In this document: positions 37,791-49,134 of the stretch, in pieces
Position numbering within the stretch: the first letter of the stretch is position 1
Layout: every line of letters begins with the position of its first letter
Assembly: GCF_963921235.1 (NCBI RefSeq)
Contig: NC_086108.1
Coordinates: 76,758,001-76,822,000 of the forward strand
Direction of reading: 5' to 3'
DNA length: 64,000 bases
Source of the DNA: Mobula hypostoma
Lineage: Eukaryota
Notes under the pieces: generated by a model
Databases searched by the model: none
Seen by the model: only the letters and a program-made list of their open reading frames with translations
Told to the model about the DNA's origin: nothing
Position numbers and translations under genes: made by a program

Positions 37791-40700
37791 GCTAGATAGA
37801 TACTTTATTGATCCCAAAGAAAATTACAGTGTCACAGTAGCATTACAAGTGCACAAATATACAAATATTGGAAGAGAAGTAAAAAAAATAAAAAATAACT
37901 TACCTCAACCAGTCTAATAGGAGGGGGTCATCACTCCTCTGCCTATAGATTGACTCATTATAGAGCCTAATGGCCAAGGGTAAGAATAACTTCATATAGC
38001 GTACTTTGGAACTGTGCAATTGTCTTAGTCTATTACTAAAAGTTATTATTAGATTATGAAGACACGCAGTCCTCTTTTATTGTCATTTAGTAATGCATGC
38101 ATTAAGAAATGATACAATATTTCCTCCGGTGTGATATCACAAAACACAGGACAGACCAAGACTGAAAAAAAACTGACAAAACCACATAATTATAACATAT
38201 AGTTACAACAGTACAACAATACCATAGCTTGGTGAAGAAGTCCATGAGCACAGTAAAAGTTCAAAGTCTCTCAAATGTCCCACATCTCACGCAGACGGGA
38301 GAAGGAAGAAAAACTCTCCCTGCCATGCTCGACCACAATCTGTCTTTGAGTCATCCGAAAACTTTGAGCCTCCAAGTCAGCTCTCCGACACCGAGTACTG
38401 AGCGCCATCTCTGTCTGATCGATTCGACCTCAACCTCGGTCGCCAACAGCGGGCAAAGCCGGGGATTTTGAGACCTTTCCTCCGGAAGATTCCCGACCGC
38501 GCAGTAACGACAGCAGCGAACGAGTATTTCAGAAATTTCTCCAGATGTTCCTCTGTGCTTTCACGTCCATCTCCATCAAATCAGAATTGTCCACGGCCCC
38601 TATTTAACGGATACGATATCATTTTTCACCGGAGGGCTGCGCACGTGCGGCGTGCTTCTCTCTCTCCTCCCACTCCTCTGTTCAGCTAAGGTGGCATGCA
38701 GATGGTGAGAAACATTGTCCAGAATTGCCAGACTTTTCCATAGGGTCCTTTGTTCTATCACAGCCTCCAGTGTGTCTAGTTTGATTTCTTTAACAGAACC
38801 TTCCTTTCTAATCAGTTATTGAACCTATTGGCATCATCTGTGTTGATGCCATTGCCCCAGCACACCACCACATAGAAGATTGTACTGGTGACAACCGACT
38901 GCTAGAATATGTGAAGGAGAGGCCTGCATACTCCAAAGGACCTCAGTCTCCTCAGGAAGTAGGGATGACTACTTGTTCACAGCTTCTGTGTTGGTGCTCC
39001 ACTCAAGTCTGTCGTCCAGGTGCACCCCCAGGTACTTGTAGGTCCTCACCACATCCACGTCCTCACCATCAATAGTAACAGGGATCAATGCAAGCTCAGT
39101 CTTCCTAGAGTCCATCACCATCTCCTTTGTCCTTAATGACGTTGAGCTGCAGATAATTCAGCTTACACCATTTGATGAAGTCCTCCACCGGTCCCCTGTA
39201 TTCATCCTCCTGTCCTCCCTTTATACACCCAACTATTGCTGAGTCATCAGAAAATTTCTGCAGATGACGTGACTCAGTGTTGTATCTAAAGGCCAAGGTA
39301 TACAGGGTAAACAGAAGGGAGTCAATACAGTCCCATGTGGGGCCCCAGTGCTGTGTATAGCCACTTCTGACATACAGCTCTTAAGCCGCACTAACTGTGG
39401 TCTGCCAGTCAGGTAGTTCTTTATCCAGGATATGATGGAAGTGCCAACCTGCATTGAACAGAGCTCCTCCCCCAGAAAACAGGGATGTATTGTATTGAAG
39501 ACACTTGAGAAATCAAAACCATAATCGTCACAGTGCTGCCCTGCTTATCCAAATGGGAGTAAGCTCTTTTCAGCACGTAGATGACATCATTGCCGACTCC
39601 ATTGTGCTCCTGGTAGGCAAACTGCAGGGGATCGAGGGCTGATCTGACCAGGGGTCAGGTGTGAACCAGGACCAGTCCCTCTAGGGTCTTCATGATGTGT
39701 GAGGTCAGGGCCACTGGACGGTAGTCACTCAAGACCTTTGGTTGGCCCTTCTTGGGTACTGGGACCAGACTTGATGTTTTCCATACAGTCAGGACACTTT
39801 CCAGGCTGAGACTCAGACTGAACTGCACTGGAGAACTCCACACAGCTGCTCAGCACACTCCTTCAGGACCTTGGGGTTCACACCATCCAGTCCCAATGCT
39901 TTGCTGTGTCTGGGTTTCCCCAGAGCCTTTCTCCGCTGCTCAGTAGTGAAGGTGAGTCCATGATGACTGGGGAGTTGGTGGAAGGTGGGGGCAGGGGGAG
40001 GTGAAGATCAGTACGATAGCAAGTTGGTATGTGGAGGTGTGGACGATAGGTGCAGGGCAAGGAAGGGATGTAGACAGCGGTAGCCTGTGTTGCTCATCCA
40101 CGTATTGAACTGGAGGGGGTAGGGGGAGGCATTGGTACTGAGCGAGCATTGGGTGCCTCAGCACCTGGACTGGTGTGCTGAGGTGGGTGTGAACAGGAGG
40201 GCAATTGTCAAACCTATTGAGGAATTGGGTTAACTCATTAGCCCATTCACGGCTGCACTCTGAGGCTCTGCAGCTGGGCTGATTGAAGCCAGTGATGGTC
40301 TTCATGCCTCCCCACACCTCCCGTGTGCTGCTCTGCCCGAGCTTGTCCCCTAGCCCTCTCCTGTATTCCTCTTTAGCCTCCTTGATCTTCTCCTTTAGCT
40401 CCCTCTACACGTTTCAATTCTTCCATCTCCTGATCTAAAGGCTCTCTTGTTGTGGTTGAGAAGAGCCTTTAGATCACTAGTGTCCCATGGTTTGTTGTTA
40501 GGGAAGCAGCGAACAGTCCGTTGATGGTATTACAGTGTCTACACAGAAGTTGATGTAGCCAGTGATGTAATCAGTAAGTCCGTTAATGTCCTCCCCAAGT
40601 GGTTCACAAAGCACATTCCAGTCAGTAGCCTCAAAGCAACCCTTCGAGGCCTTGATGGCCTCTGGAGACCATTTCCTTACTGTCTTGGTGGTAGTTCGCT

Positions 40701-40965
40701 GCTGCTGTGCTTTGCTAGACAAGGGCATGAGGTGAACCAGGTTACCATTTGATCTTCCAAGCAGGGGGAGAGCTGTGGAGCTGTATGCATCTTTAACATT
40801 TGCATACAAGAGATCCAAAATTTTACTTTCTCTTGTATGGCACTTGACAAACTGATCAAAGGCGGGGAGGGTTGTCGAGGGAGAAACATGGTTGAAGTCT
40901 CCTGATACTGCAATGAAGGCATTGGGGTGTTGAGTCTGGAGTCTCGCGATGGTAGTGTGTAGTAC
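37791..40965 (-). mobile_element. Rex1/Babar-like LINE, 5'-truncated APE+RT pseudogene
   Basis: SGDFNH...ILDLLYANVKDAY (APE); VPVPKK...DYRPVALTSHIMKTLE; STGAPHGTVL; LQKFSDDSAIVGCI (catalytic xxDD); (TCTA)n tail at 37791. Confidence 0.92.
38050..38671 (-). mobile_element. ~620-bp non-autonomous retroposon, copy 3, inserted in the Rex1 LINE
   Basis: Highly similar to 12950-13579 over its whole length. Confidence 0.85.
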
Positions 40966-41928
40966 CAGGTCATTACTACACTTGTGCCTCCAGGAGCTTG
41001 CGGTGCACAGTGGTTTCGTTACTATTTTCCACATCACAGCAGTGTCTATGCCTAAAAAATCACTTGTTTGCCTGTAAGCTGCTTTTATAGTGAAAGAGCA
41101 ATATAAATGCAACTATTTTGTCATATAGGTATTGCCTATATTTCTTGGTTTAATGCAGGGCACAGCTACCACTATTATCACTTTCTAATGATCCATTAAA
41201 AAAACATTCGGCTGAGGACTACGCACTGAAACCTACTGGTAAACTCCCACTGAACTTAATGAGGTTGTTGTAGGAATTAAATTAACAAGATTAGGCACTG
41301 TTGCCTGCATTTAGAGGTCATTAGTTAAAACATTGCAGTATAAACATCACATTGACCCTGGTAATTAATCTTACCACGCAAGCATGAGAGAGAATAAAAG
41401 GCAAAAATGGCCTCTCTTGTAAAAAAAACTCAACCTTCTCTCATGTTGCACTCTTATTGATTCCTTCTTTGCTTGTCTTTTTTTAAAAAGACAATACAAC
41501 TGTTTATACAATGTTTAAAGGAAACCTTTTGAACTATGAATTAATTATTTTAATGAATCAAAACCAGCTAATGGTGTGGTGATTCTGCGGGTATACGTGC
41601 AGCAACGTGTGCAAGCTGTGCATGTATGTCTTAGTTACGTGCTTGTGTCATCTGCCATGCTTTCAGCAGATAACTTGCATTAGTTTGCTGGGGCACCTCA
41701 AATGCCGTGTGTGCTGGAAACAGTCCAAAAAAGTCACTGTGACTGCTTTCAGGATATAAGGCATGCTTCGGGCAACCAGCATATTTCTTTTATTATTAAA
41801 GGCAAATCATGTTTAACTTATTTGATAAAGTTTTTTTGATGTGATAATTGCAAGGTAAATGAGGGACATTTGCTTGATGTGGTGTATATGCATTTTCAAA
41901 CGACTTGTGATGAAGTGCTCCGTTGTAG

Positions 41929-42319
41929 CCTCTGATCTGACGGTATTTACATCGATTTCTCTGATTTGCATTAATTTCTCCCCCTCCCCCTTCTTTTTCC
42001 ATTCCCCATTCTGGCTCCCCTTAACCCTTCTCTTCTTCTCACCCGCCCTCTGGTGCCCGTCATCCTTCCCTTTCTTCCATGGTCCACTTACCACTTCCAC
42101 CCCATCACCTTCCAGCTTCTCATGTCATCCATCTACTTCCCCCCTCACCTTGTTTCACCTATCACTTGAGAGTTTCCACCCATTGCCCTCTCCCAGGATT
42201 TTTATTCTCGTTTCTTCCCACTTCCTTTCCAGTCTTGATGAAGAGTCTCAGCCCAAAACACTGATTGTTTATTCCTCTCCATAGATGGATAGCTGAGTTT
42301 CCCTAGCATTTTGAGTGTG
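41929..42319 (+). mobile_element. Penelope-like fragment, single arm, 14-bp TSD
   Basis: Colinear with 57430-57906. Decayed hammerhead TTGATGAAGAGTCTCAGCCCAAAAC. TSD GTGCT(C/A)C(G/A)TTGTAG at 41915-41928 and 42320-42333. Confidence 0.75.
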
Positions 42320-42339
42320 GTGCTACATTGTAGACTTCT

Positions 42340-43205
42340 CATCAAGACTGAAGTTAATAGAATAAAAAGGACATTAGCAGAATGAAGAGAAAGTAAGCTA
42401 AGTGATAGGAATCAGGGGAATAGAAGTGAATAGTGGTTTTCAGACTGAAGATGGTGCACAGAGATGATAGGCAGGGTCAGTTCTTGGTCCGCTGCTTTTC
42501 TTAATGAATATATTAATGACTTGTATTTCTCTATAAAGGACACAATTTCCAAATATGCGGATAACACATAGCATATGGATAGCAGAACCATAGCGAGTTG
42601 TGAGAAGGTAGTAATTTACTTCAAGGGGATGTAGACAGTCTGATCACACCACAAATTAAATGTAATGCAGAGGAATGCAGTTGTTATATTTTGATAGGAA
42701 AAACTGAGGAGAGGCAAAATACTTCCTGGAATATAATTCTATACATACTTCTAGATCAATTCTTTGGACACATCCAGAGTCTTGTGTCCAGTTCTAGGCA
42801 CCACACTTCAGGAATGATGCGAAGGGCTTACAGAGATGATGGGACTGAGGAAAATGTTTCCAGAGATCGGGGACTTTACTTGTGTGAACGGAGTGGAGAA
42901 ACTACCGTTGTTCTTTTTGGAAAAGAGGAAGTTGAAATGGAATCTGATGGTAGTATTTAAAATCATAAGGATTGGATAGAGAGTGCCTGTTCCCACTGGG
43001 GTAGGTTCACAAAAGAATCGAAAGCTCTATGACTTTCTGATGCAATGAATAGTTAGCATTTTGGAATGCATTGCATGAAGAATAGTGGAGGCAGATTCAA
43101 TTGTAGTATTCAAAGAGATATTGGATGCGTTAGAAAAGACAGTAACTAAGGATGTAAGGAAGAGCTAGCACAAACTGATGGGCTGAATAGCTTATGCTAT
43201 TACCT
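42340..43205 (+). mobile_element. Old CR1 RT fragment
   Basis: CAGGGTCAGTTCTTGGTCCGCTGCTTTTC (QGSVLGPLLF, frameshifted) and TCCAAATATGCGGATAACACA (SKYADNT, decayed FADDT). Confidence 0.75.
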
Positions 43206-43649
43206 TTCAGTGATTTTGTTAAAGGATAGCAAAAGTATGGAAATCTCTTCCTAAGATGGTCCACTGAACAATTTAAGTGTAAGGACAGTACAGGAAATAA
43301 ACCCAAAACAGGTAAGTGGAGCTGAAATATAGACTAAGTATTATCTAATTAATTGCACAAAATGCTTGAGGGGCCCAAATGGTCTACTGCTATTTTCATG
43401 ATCCTCCCTATGGAGAGAACAAGTAATCTACTGAATGAAGGAGGTCTCACTCTAGAAACAGTTCTCTGTTCATAGAGTAGTACAGCCCCTTTGGCCCACA
43501 GTTTTGTGCTAACCTTTTGACCTACTCAAAGATCATTTAAACCTTCCCTCCCGCATGGCTTACCACGAGCCATATTCCTTGTAAAGATGAACCAAATCTG
43601 TTTGTACATTAGTATTTTATTTTTGTGCTGATTTCTACAATCTGCAATT

Positions 43650-43790
43650 GTTCAAAGTTCAAAGTAAATTTCTCATCAAAGTACGTATATACCAGCCGGA
43701 GATTAATTTTTTGTGGACTTTCACCGTTAATACTAAGAAACACATTGGAATCAATGAAAACTGCTTGCTAAGACAGACTAATAACAATAG
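43650..43790 (-). mobile_element. Rex1-like 3' tail
   Basis: TTCAAAGTTCAAAGTAAATTT...CAAAGTAC, as at 19357. Confidence 0.65.
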
Positions 43791-44306
43791 TTAGGTACTT
43801 ATAGAGGTTTAACGTACAAAAACCTTATGAAGTATAACTTAAATGCCTTTAGCTTAAGTAGCATTTCATAGTAGCCCATCATGTGAGGTGAAACATTAAG
43901 GATAAGATATTCTGTTATGCAACTTCCTTCTAAGGAAGTCCCACTTCAACTATAATCATAGGGCTTGTTGTCTGTGTAAATGCCCACCTGTTGCTGAACC
44001 TATTAAAATTTGTGAGTTCAGGGAAAAGCCACCTACTTAAATATGCTGAGTGTTTGGCCAGTCCATTTTTTTGGAATTTATTCAAGGAATGAGCAAAATT
44101 GAGCCATGCAGCTAGCTGCATTTCTGATCTTGCCTCCAGATGGTTCAAGTATCCGCATTTCAACATCATTTAGACATTCCCTATTGTGTGACATACCAGT
44201 CCATCAAAGTCCTGCCAGTCTGAGGCCATGGGATCATTTCGCCGAGGAGTTTCAACCCTAGCCTTGGGCCTCTGATATTACTGTGTTTACAATTGGAGAA
44301 GAATGG

Positions 44307-44427
44307 ATTAGATTAGCTTTATTTGTAACATACACGATGAAATGCATAATTTGTGTCAAAGTCCAAGGATTTGCTGGTGGTAGCCCGCAAGTGTTGTCAT
44401 GCTTCTAGTGCCAATGTAGCACGTCCG
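44307..44427 (-). mobile_element. SINE 3' portion
   Basis: Inverted relative of 11250-11406 with a GATTAGATTAGCTTTATTT tail. Confidence 0.45.
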
Positions 44428-45999
44428 CAACATTAGCATAAATTGGGAATGGGTATATCCAAGTTTGAACTCTTTGGATCCCATAGATCTATGTCCTTAA
44501 ACCCTAGAAAGGCACTAAACCTTCGGCCAATTGCAAGGCTAGGAAGAAGGCTCTTTCCTTTACTAAGCTGGCTGTGAACACGTGTGAAGCTCTTTGCTTC
44601 AGCCAGCCTACTCATTATCCTTTTATTCTCAAGTTCTATGGACTTCTATGAGTTAGTCTGTGGGGGTTCAGAAATCACCAAGATAATAACTGTGAATTAT
44701 ATTGGTATATTCATATTCAATATTTGTTTAATAAATATAATTTTGTGGCACCACAGGTAGCAGTTTATTATGAAGCATATTGAGTTGCCTAGGACATAAA
44801 AGTAAAGGACTTAGTAAATATTGAAAAATCATTATGTTAATCGCAATTCTCAATTTTTAAACATATATTCCTGATAATAAAAATGCTATGATATAATAAC
44901 AGAATAAGTTTATCAGCCAGTCTTTGGATAACTCTTGTTGCTGTTAATAACACTTAGGTAATTATTATTTTAACTATATCCAGCTAAAATATGTGCGCAT
45001 TATGGTCATACATCCAAAGGAAATAAACACAGCTTTTGTGATTCACTTTTAACTTCGTTTTTATTAGCTCAATAAAAGCATTTCTATTTTGTCAGTGCAT
45101 TTGAGTTAAAATTCCTAGCTATGAGTGAATTACAAGTATTTCTATGTTGTCTGCAGGCACTAAATTGTACAGTAAAGGGAGAATTCTGTGCTATATTTTA
45201 AAGCTATATTTAGACCCTGTGAGTCTAAGGATGAAATAAGAACTTCTGCACTGCCTTGGATTTGGAGGGGATTTGAAGTCAGTGCCCATATGTATTACTT
45301 AAAAATCTTAAAAGTGAGCAGAGTTTTATTCCTTTGAATGAGTGTGGCTGGTTTTTGCCTCATAAAACTGTGCTTTTGGCAAGTGTCTGACCTTGGCCAA
45401 TGCAAGCCTCTACAAAAGAGTGGATAAAGTTTTAGCGCTGTACAGATGTAATTCTTTCAAAGTATTATCAGAGCACATGTTGTTCAAATAAAATATTTCG
45501 ACTGCATTCAACTAGTCTGTTCTTTGCACAAACCTGAGTCATATCAGCATCTCAAGACACTGTTTGGGGTTTAGCTAAAGTGGATAATGGGACAAAAGTT
45601 ATTTGGAGAGCATAATTATTACCAGAGAGTGATACAATGATGAATGTGCATTGAGGATAGTGAAACTGTATGTAATTTAGAAATCAGTAATACAATTTTC
45701 CCTTTTGGGATGTTTTAAAACTATAATGGTTTCTATCTTTAGAAGAAGCAATTAGGTTTATCCTCTGCTTGTTTTCCTATCCTGACCATCTGAAAACATC
45801 ATACTTATCACAAACTATAATTAGTTGTCAATAGTGATATTTGAACAGTGAGGTGCCATAATCCTCACACACTGCCACCTCAAAGTTGAATATTGCAGCC
45901 AGACATATTAAACAATGTTGATGAAATATGCATTGAATGATGTGGCATCAGTGATTTGCATGTTGGTGTCAAACTTCAATTTCTTTAGCTTCTTTTGTG

Positions 46000-47036
46000 A
46001 ACATAGAACATAGAGAACCTACAGCACAATACAGACATCCCACCTCTCCCGGAAGTTCCAGGAGTCTCCCTGCATATTGATAGCAGCTCCCTGACGCCCG
46101 CAAATTATATACAATATCCCGGAAATCGATTTTTTTGAGAGGGAGAGGGAGAGCGAGAGAGAGAGCGCGGGTGACAGACATAGCGAGAGAGTGACAGAGA
46201 GAGCATCCTGATTGGTCTCTCTTTGTGCTAAGTAGACCTATCAGTTTTCTCTGTGGGCAGGCTTTACAGTCAACCTCTCTCTCTCTTTCATTGTCCATCA
46301 GTTCAGTTTAGTGTCCTGCAGCGCCATGGCAGAGTGTTCCAAAAAAATAAAATATAAAATGTACTTCATTCCAGGCTACACTAAAGTGTACCCCTGCCTA
46401 ATAAGGGTAAAAAATAATGACAGTGTTGCAAATAAATTGTTGTGTTCTTTCATAATCAAATGTCCTTTATACATACACCCTTGGAGGGTGACTGGAGGGA
46501 AGGGCTATGGGGTTGTAGGGGGCGGGGGTGATGGTGCTACCTCCCTGAAATGTGTTTTTGCAGGGTGGGAAGTCTGACAGTACAGGCCCTTTGATGCACA
46601 AAACTGTGCCGAAAATGTCCTTACCTTAGAGCTACCTAGGCTTATCCATAGCCCTCTATTTTTCTAAGCTCCATGTACCTATCCAGGAGTCTCTTAAAAG
46701 ACCCTATTGTTCCCGCCTCCACCACTGCTGCCGGCTGCCCATTCCGTACACTCACCACTCTCTGTGTTAAAAAACTTACCCCTGACATCTCCCCTGTACC
46801 TACTTCCAAGCACTTAAAAACTATGCCCTCTCGTGCTAGCCATTTCAGCCCTGGGAAAAAAGCCTCTGACTATCCACATGATCAATGCCTCTCATTATCT
46901 TGTACCCCTCTATCAGGTCACCTCTCATCCTCCATCGCTCCAAGGAGAAGAGGCCGAGTTCACTCAACCTATTCTCATAAGGCATGCTCCCCAATCCAGG
47001 CAACATCCTTGTAAGTCTCCTCTGCACCCTTTCTAT
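46000..47036 (-). mobile_element. CR1 LINE 3' end, split by a hAT element
   Basis: QRRLTRMLPGL..MPYENRLSELGLFSLERWRMRGDLIE.YKIMRGID; (CTATGTT)n tail at 46000. Confidence 0.92.
46032..46576 (+). mobile_element. Non-autonomous hAT-like DNA transposon with 6-bp TSD
   Basis: TIRs CAGACATCCCACC and GGTGGGAAGTCTG. TSD ACA(A/G)TA at 46026-46031 and 46577-46582. Internal truncated ORF MAECSKKIKYKMYFIPGYTKVYPCLIRVKNNDSVAN resembles a pre-BED-finger transposase start. Confidence 0.75.
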
Positions 47037-47174
47037 GGAGATTTGTGCTTCTGGATGACACTAGGATAAGGTTTATCATGTGAGATGTCAGTCTATATTA
47101 TCCTCACACTAAGCAGAATCTTGTTGAACAATTAAGAAATGGTGTTTGGTTAAGAGTATAATTTGCAATAGTTC

Positions 47175-47341
47175 ACTTACCAGCAAGCACATCTTTGGGA
47201 TATACTAGACCATCCAGATTCCGTACAAGAGTTTCAAAGAGGACACACACGCTCTACACGAACATCACCTGAAGTCAGGATTGAATCTGGGCTGCTGGAG
47301 TTGTGTGATAGCAGTACTTACAGCAGAACCACGGTGCCACC
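47175..47341 (-). mobile_element. Old tRNA-derived SINE (5' half)
   Basis: Minus strand GGTGGCACCGTGG...CCCAGATTCAATCCTGACTTCAGGTG, a tRNA-like head with a B-box-like motif. Confidence 0.6.
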
Positions 47342-48749
47342 ATTTCATAACTTTCCAATGTTGAAAAGAAAGTATCCAGGATTACAGCATGGAAAAAAAG
47401 CTCTGCCTTTATGTCAAACATTAGAAAAGAAAGTATTTGACAACATATGGCTGAGGATTGTATTTCTAAATGAACTTCTGATACTTAGCACTCTTTTGAA
47501 GTAACACAGAAGAAGTCCCTCTAAGGATTTCCTTGTTAATTTTCTGTTACCTGCCAGTATAAGGTAAGGACAAAATCCTCTTTTGTTACCAAGTCTGCTC
47601 AAGAGGAGCTTTGGCAGTGGCTTTGTAGCAAAATATCTGCCTGCTGGAAAATGTTAAACTAATAGTATAAATGTTCCTTCAATTATAACATTCAAAAAAT
47701 CTTTAATTAAAGTATTTATTGAAGTGCATCTATTTCAGTAGCAGAGTATGACACAGTTACAACTATTCATTTCAACTCAAGGATAAAGATAGTAGCATGC
47801 ATTAACATCATATCTAAATACAGTGTGTAGATAATTCAGTCTTCATAGCTGGTGGAAGTTAGTATATCTTTCTGTAGGACAGTTATTGATTTGAAGAGCT
47901 GTGTGACAAAACCACGTGGTTTTCAAAGTTTCAATAGACCTGGACTATGCTACTTCAGCCCTGCCTTCAGAGTCGGAAGATTTCGGAAGTTTGTTGAACA
48001 TTTCTAAAGTGTAGTTTGTTCCAGGATTATTCTCCGTTTTTACTACCTTTCATCTTGACTGTTTCTGAAAGATATTATTTTTAAACTTCATCCAAGCTGC
48101 ACAGTATCATTGCAGGTCCCTTGTGTCTGAAATAAAACACCAGATGTATCTCCCATTAAAAGAAAAACAATGACTTCACTGTTTGTAGACTGTTACTACC
48201 AACTGACCTCTTATCTTAAACACCATACAGTATATAAACATAGGGTTTTTAGAAAAATAAATGATTGTATTTTATCAATTTCTGTTTTATGTTCCATTGC
48301 TCCAAATTTTGAATAATTTTGAAGCCCAGTGTTAAAATTCTTACTTCTATTTGCCTTTTAAATATATAATCTAATGTTAAGGAATCTCAGTAAGTGATCA
48401 CTGTTGTTGCAAAAAGAGTTTCATAGAACTTTGTCTAAAAGAGATCTTAATATAAGAAATCTATCCCCTAAACCATAATCTCAATTTAGGTACCCACTCA
48501 GAGCCATCAAAATCATTGGCTAAGTGATGCAATGAATTAGGGCAGTTAGACCATTATATATTTATAATGATCTGTGAGCATTTAAAAAATAATATCGGTA
48601 GAACATGAAACATAGAACAGTCCTGCACAGTAACTTTTATACTCATTGTCTTAACAGATGATAACATTAGTGAGGGAGCTGTCATGGACTGACATATATC
48701 CAACTGAAAGAGTGAACTAATAAAAAAGGATCCAGTGCTTTCCTGGTGT

Positions 48750-49134
48750 ATATGATGAATAAACTGTTCTCGGGCTTCTTGATGGGTATAGGTATCGATT
48801 TTAACTGGCATTTTAATGGCAAGCTCCACCATCTTCATCAGGGATGCTGCTTGGGCATATCTCATCCGGTGGCATTTATACCTCGGTCGTCTGTCCCTTC
48901 TGATTGCTTAGTCCTCATCCAGTCCGGTCACTGCTATCCAACCTTGTTTACAATTGAATTCCAGCTTTTACTTACAGCGAGACTTTTGCCTTTGTTAAAA
49001 TTCTTTTCCTCTAGATGTATTTCAAAGGCTTCCTTCACCAGGCGGTCCCTAAAGCCATTGGTGTGGCACAGTAGTTTTGTGCTATCAAAGTCAATCCTAT
49101 GGCCATGGTGAATGCAATGTTCTGCTTCCGCCAA
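48750..49134 (-). mobile_element. Penelope-like element of a second family: GIY-YIG C-terminus plus decayed hammerhead
   Basis: AEHCIHHGHRIDFDSTKLL...RLVKEAFEI...NFNK...SKSW. Downstream is CCCTGATGAAGATGG-loop-CCATTAAAATGCC, a CpG-decayed form of CCATCGAAACGTC. Confidence 0.8.

Noticed and set aside
40498..41112. Longest ORF in the window (204 aa) as a host gene
   Set aside because: The C-terminal part is LINE endonuclease. The N-terminal ~50 aa is chance read-through into flanking DNA.
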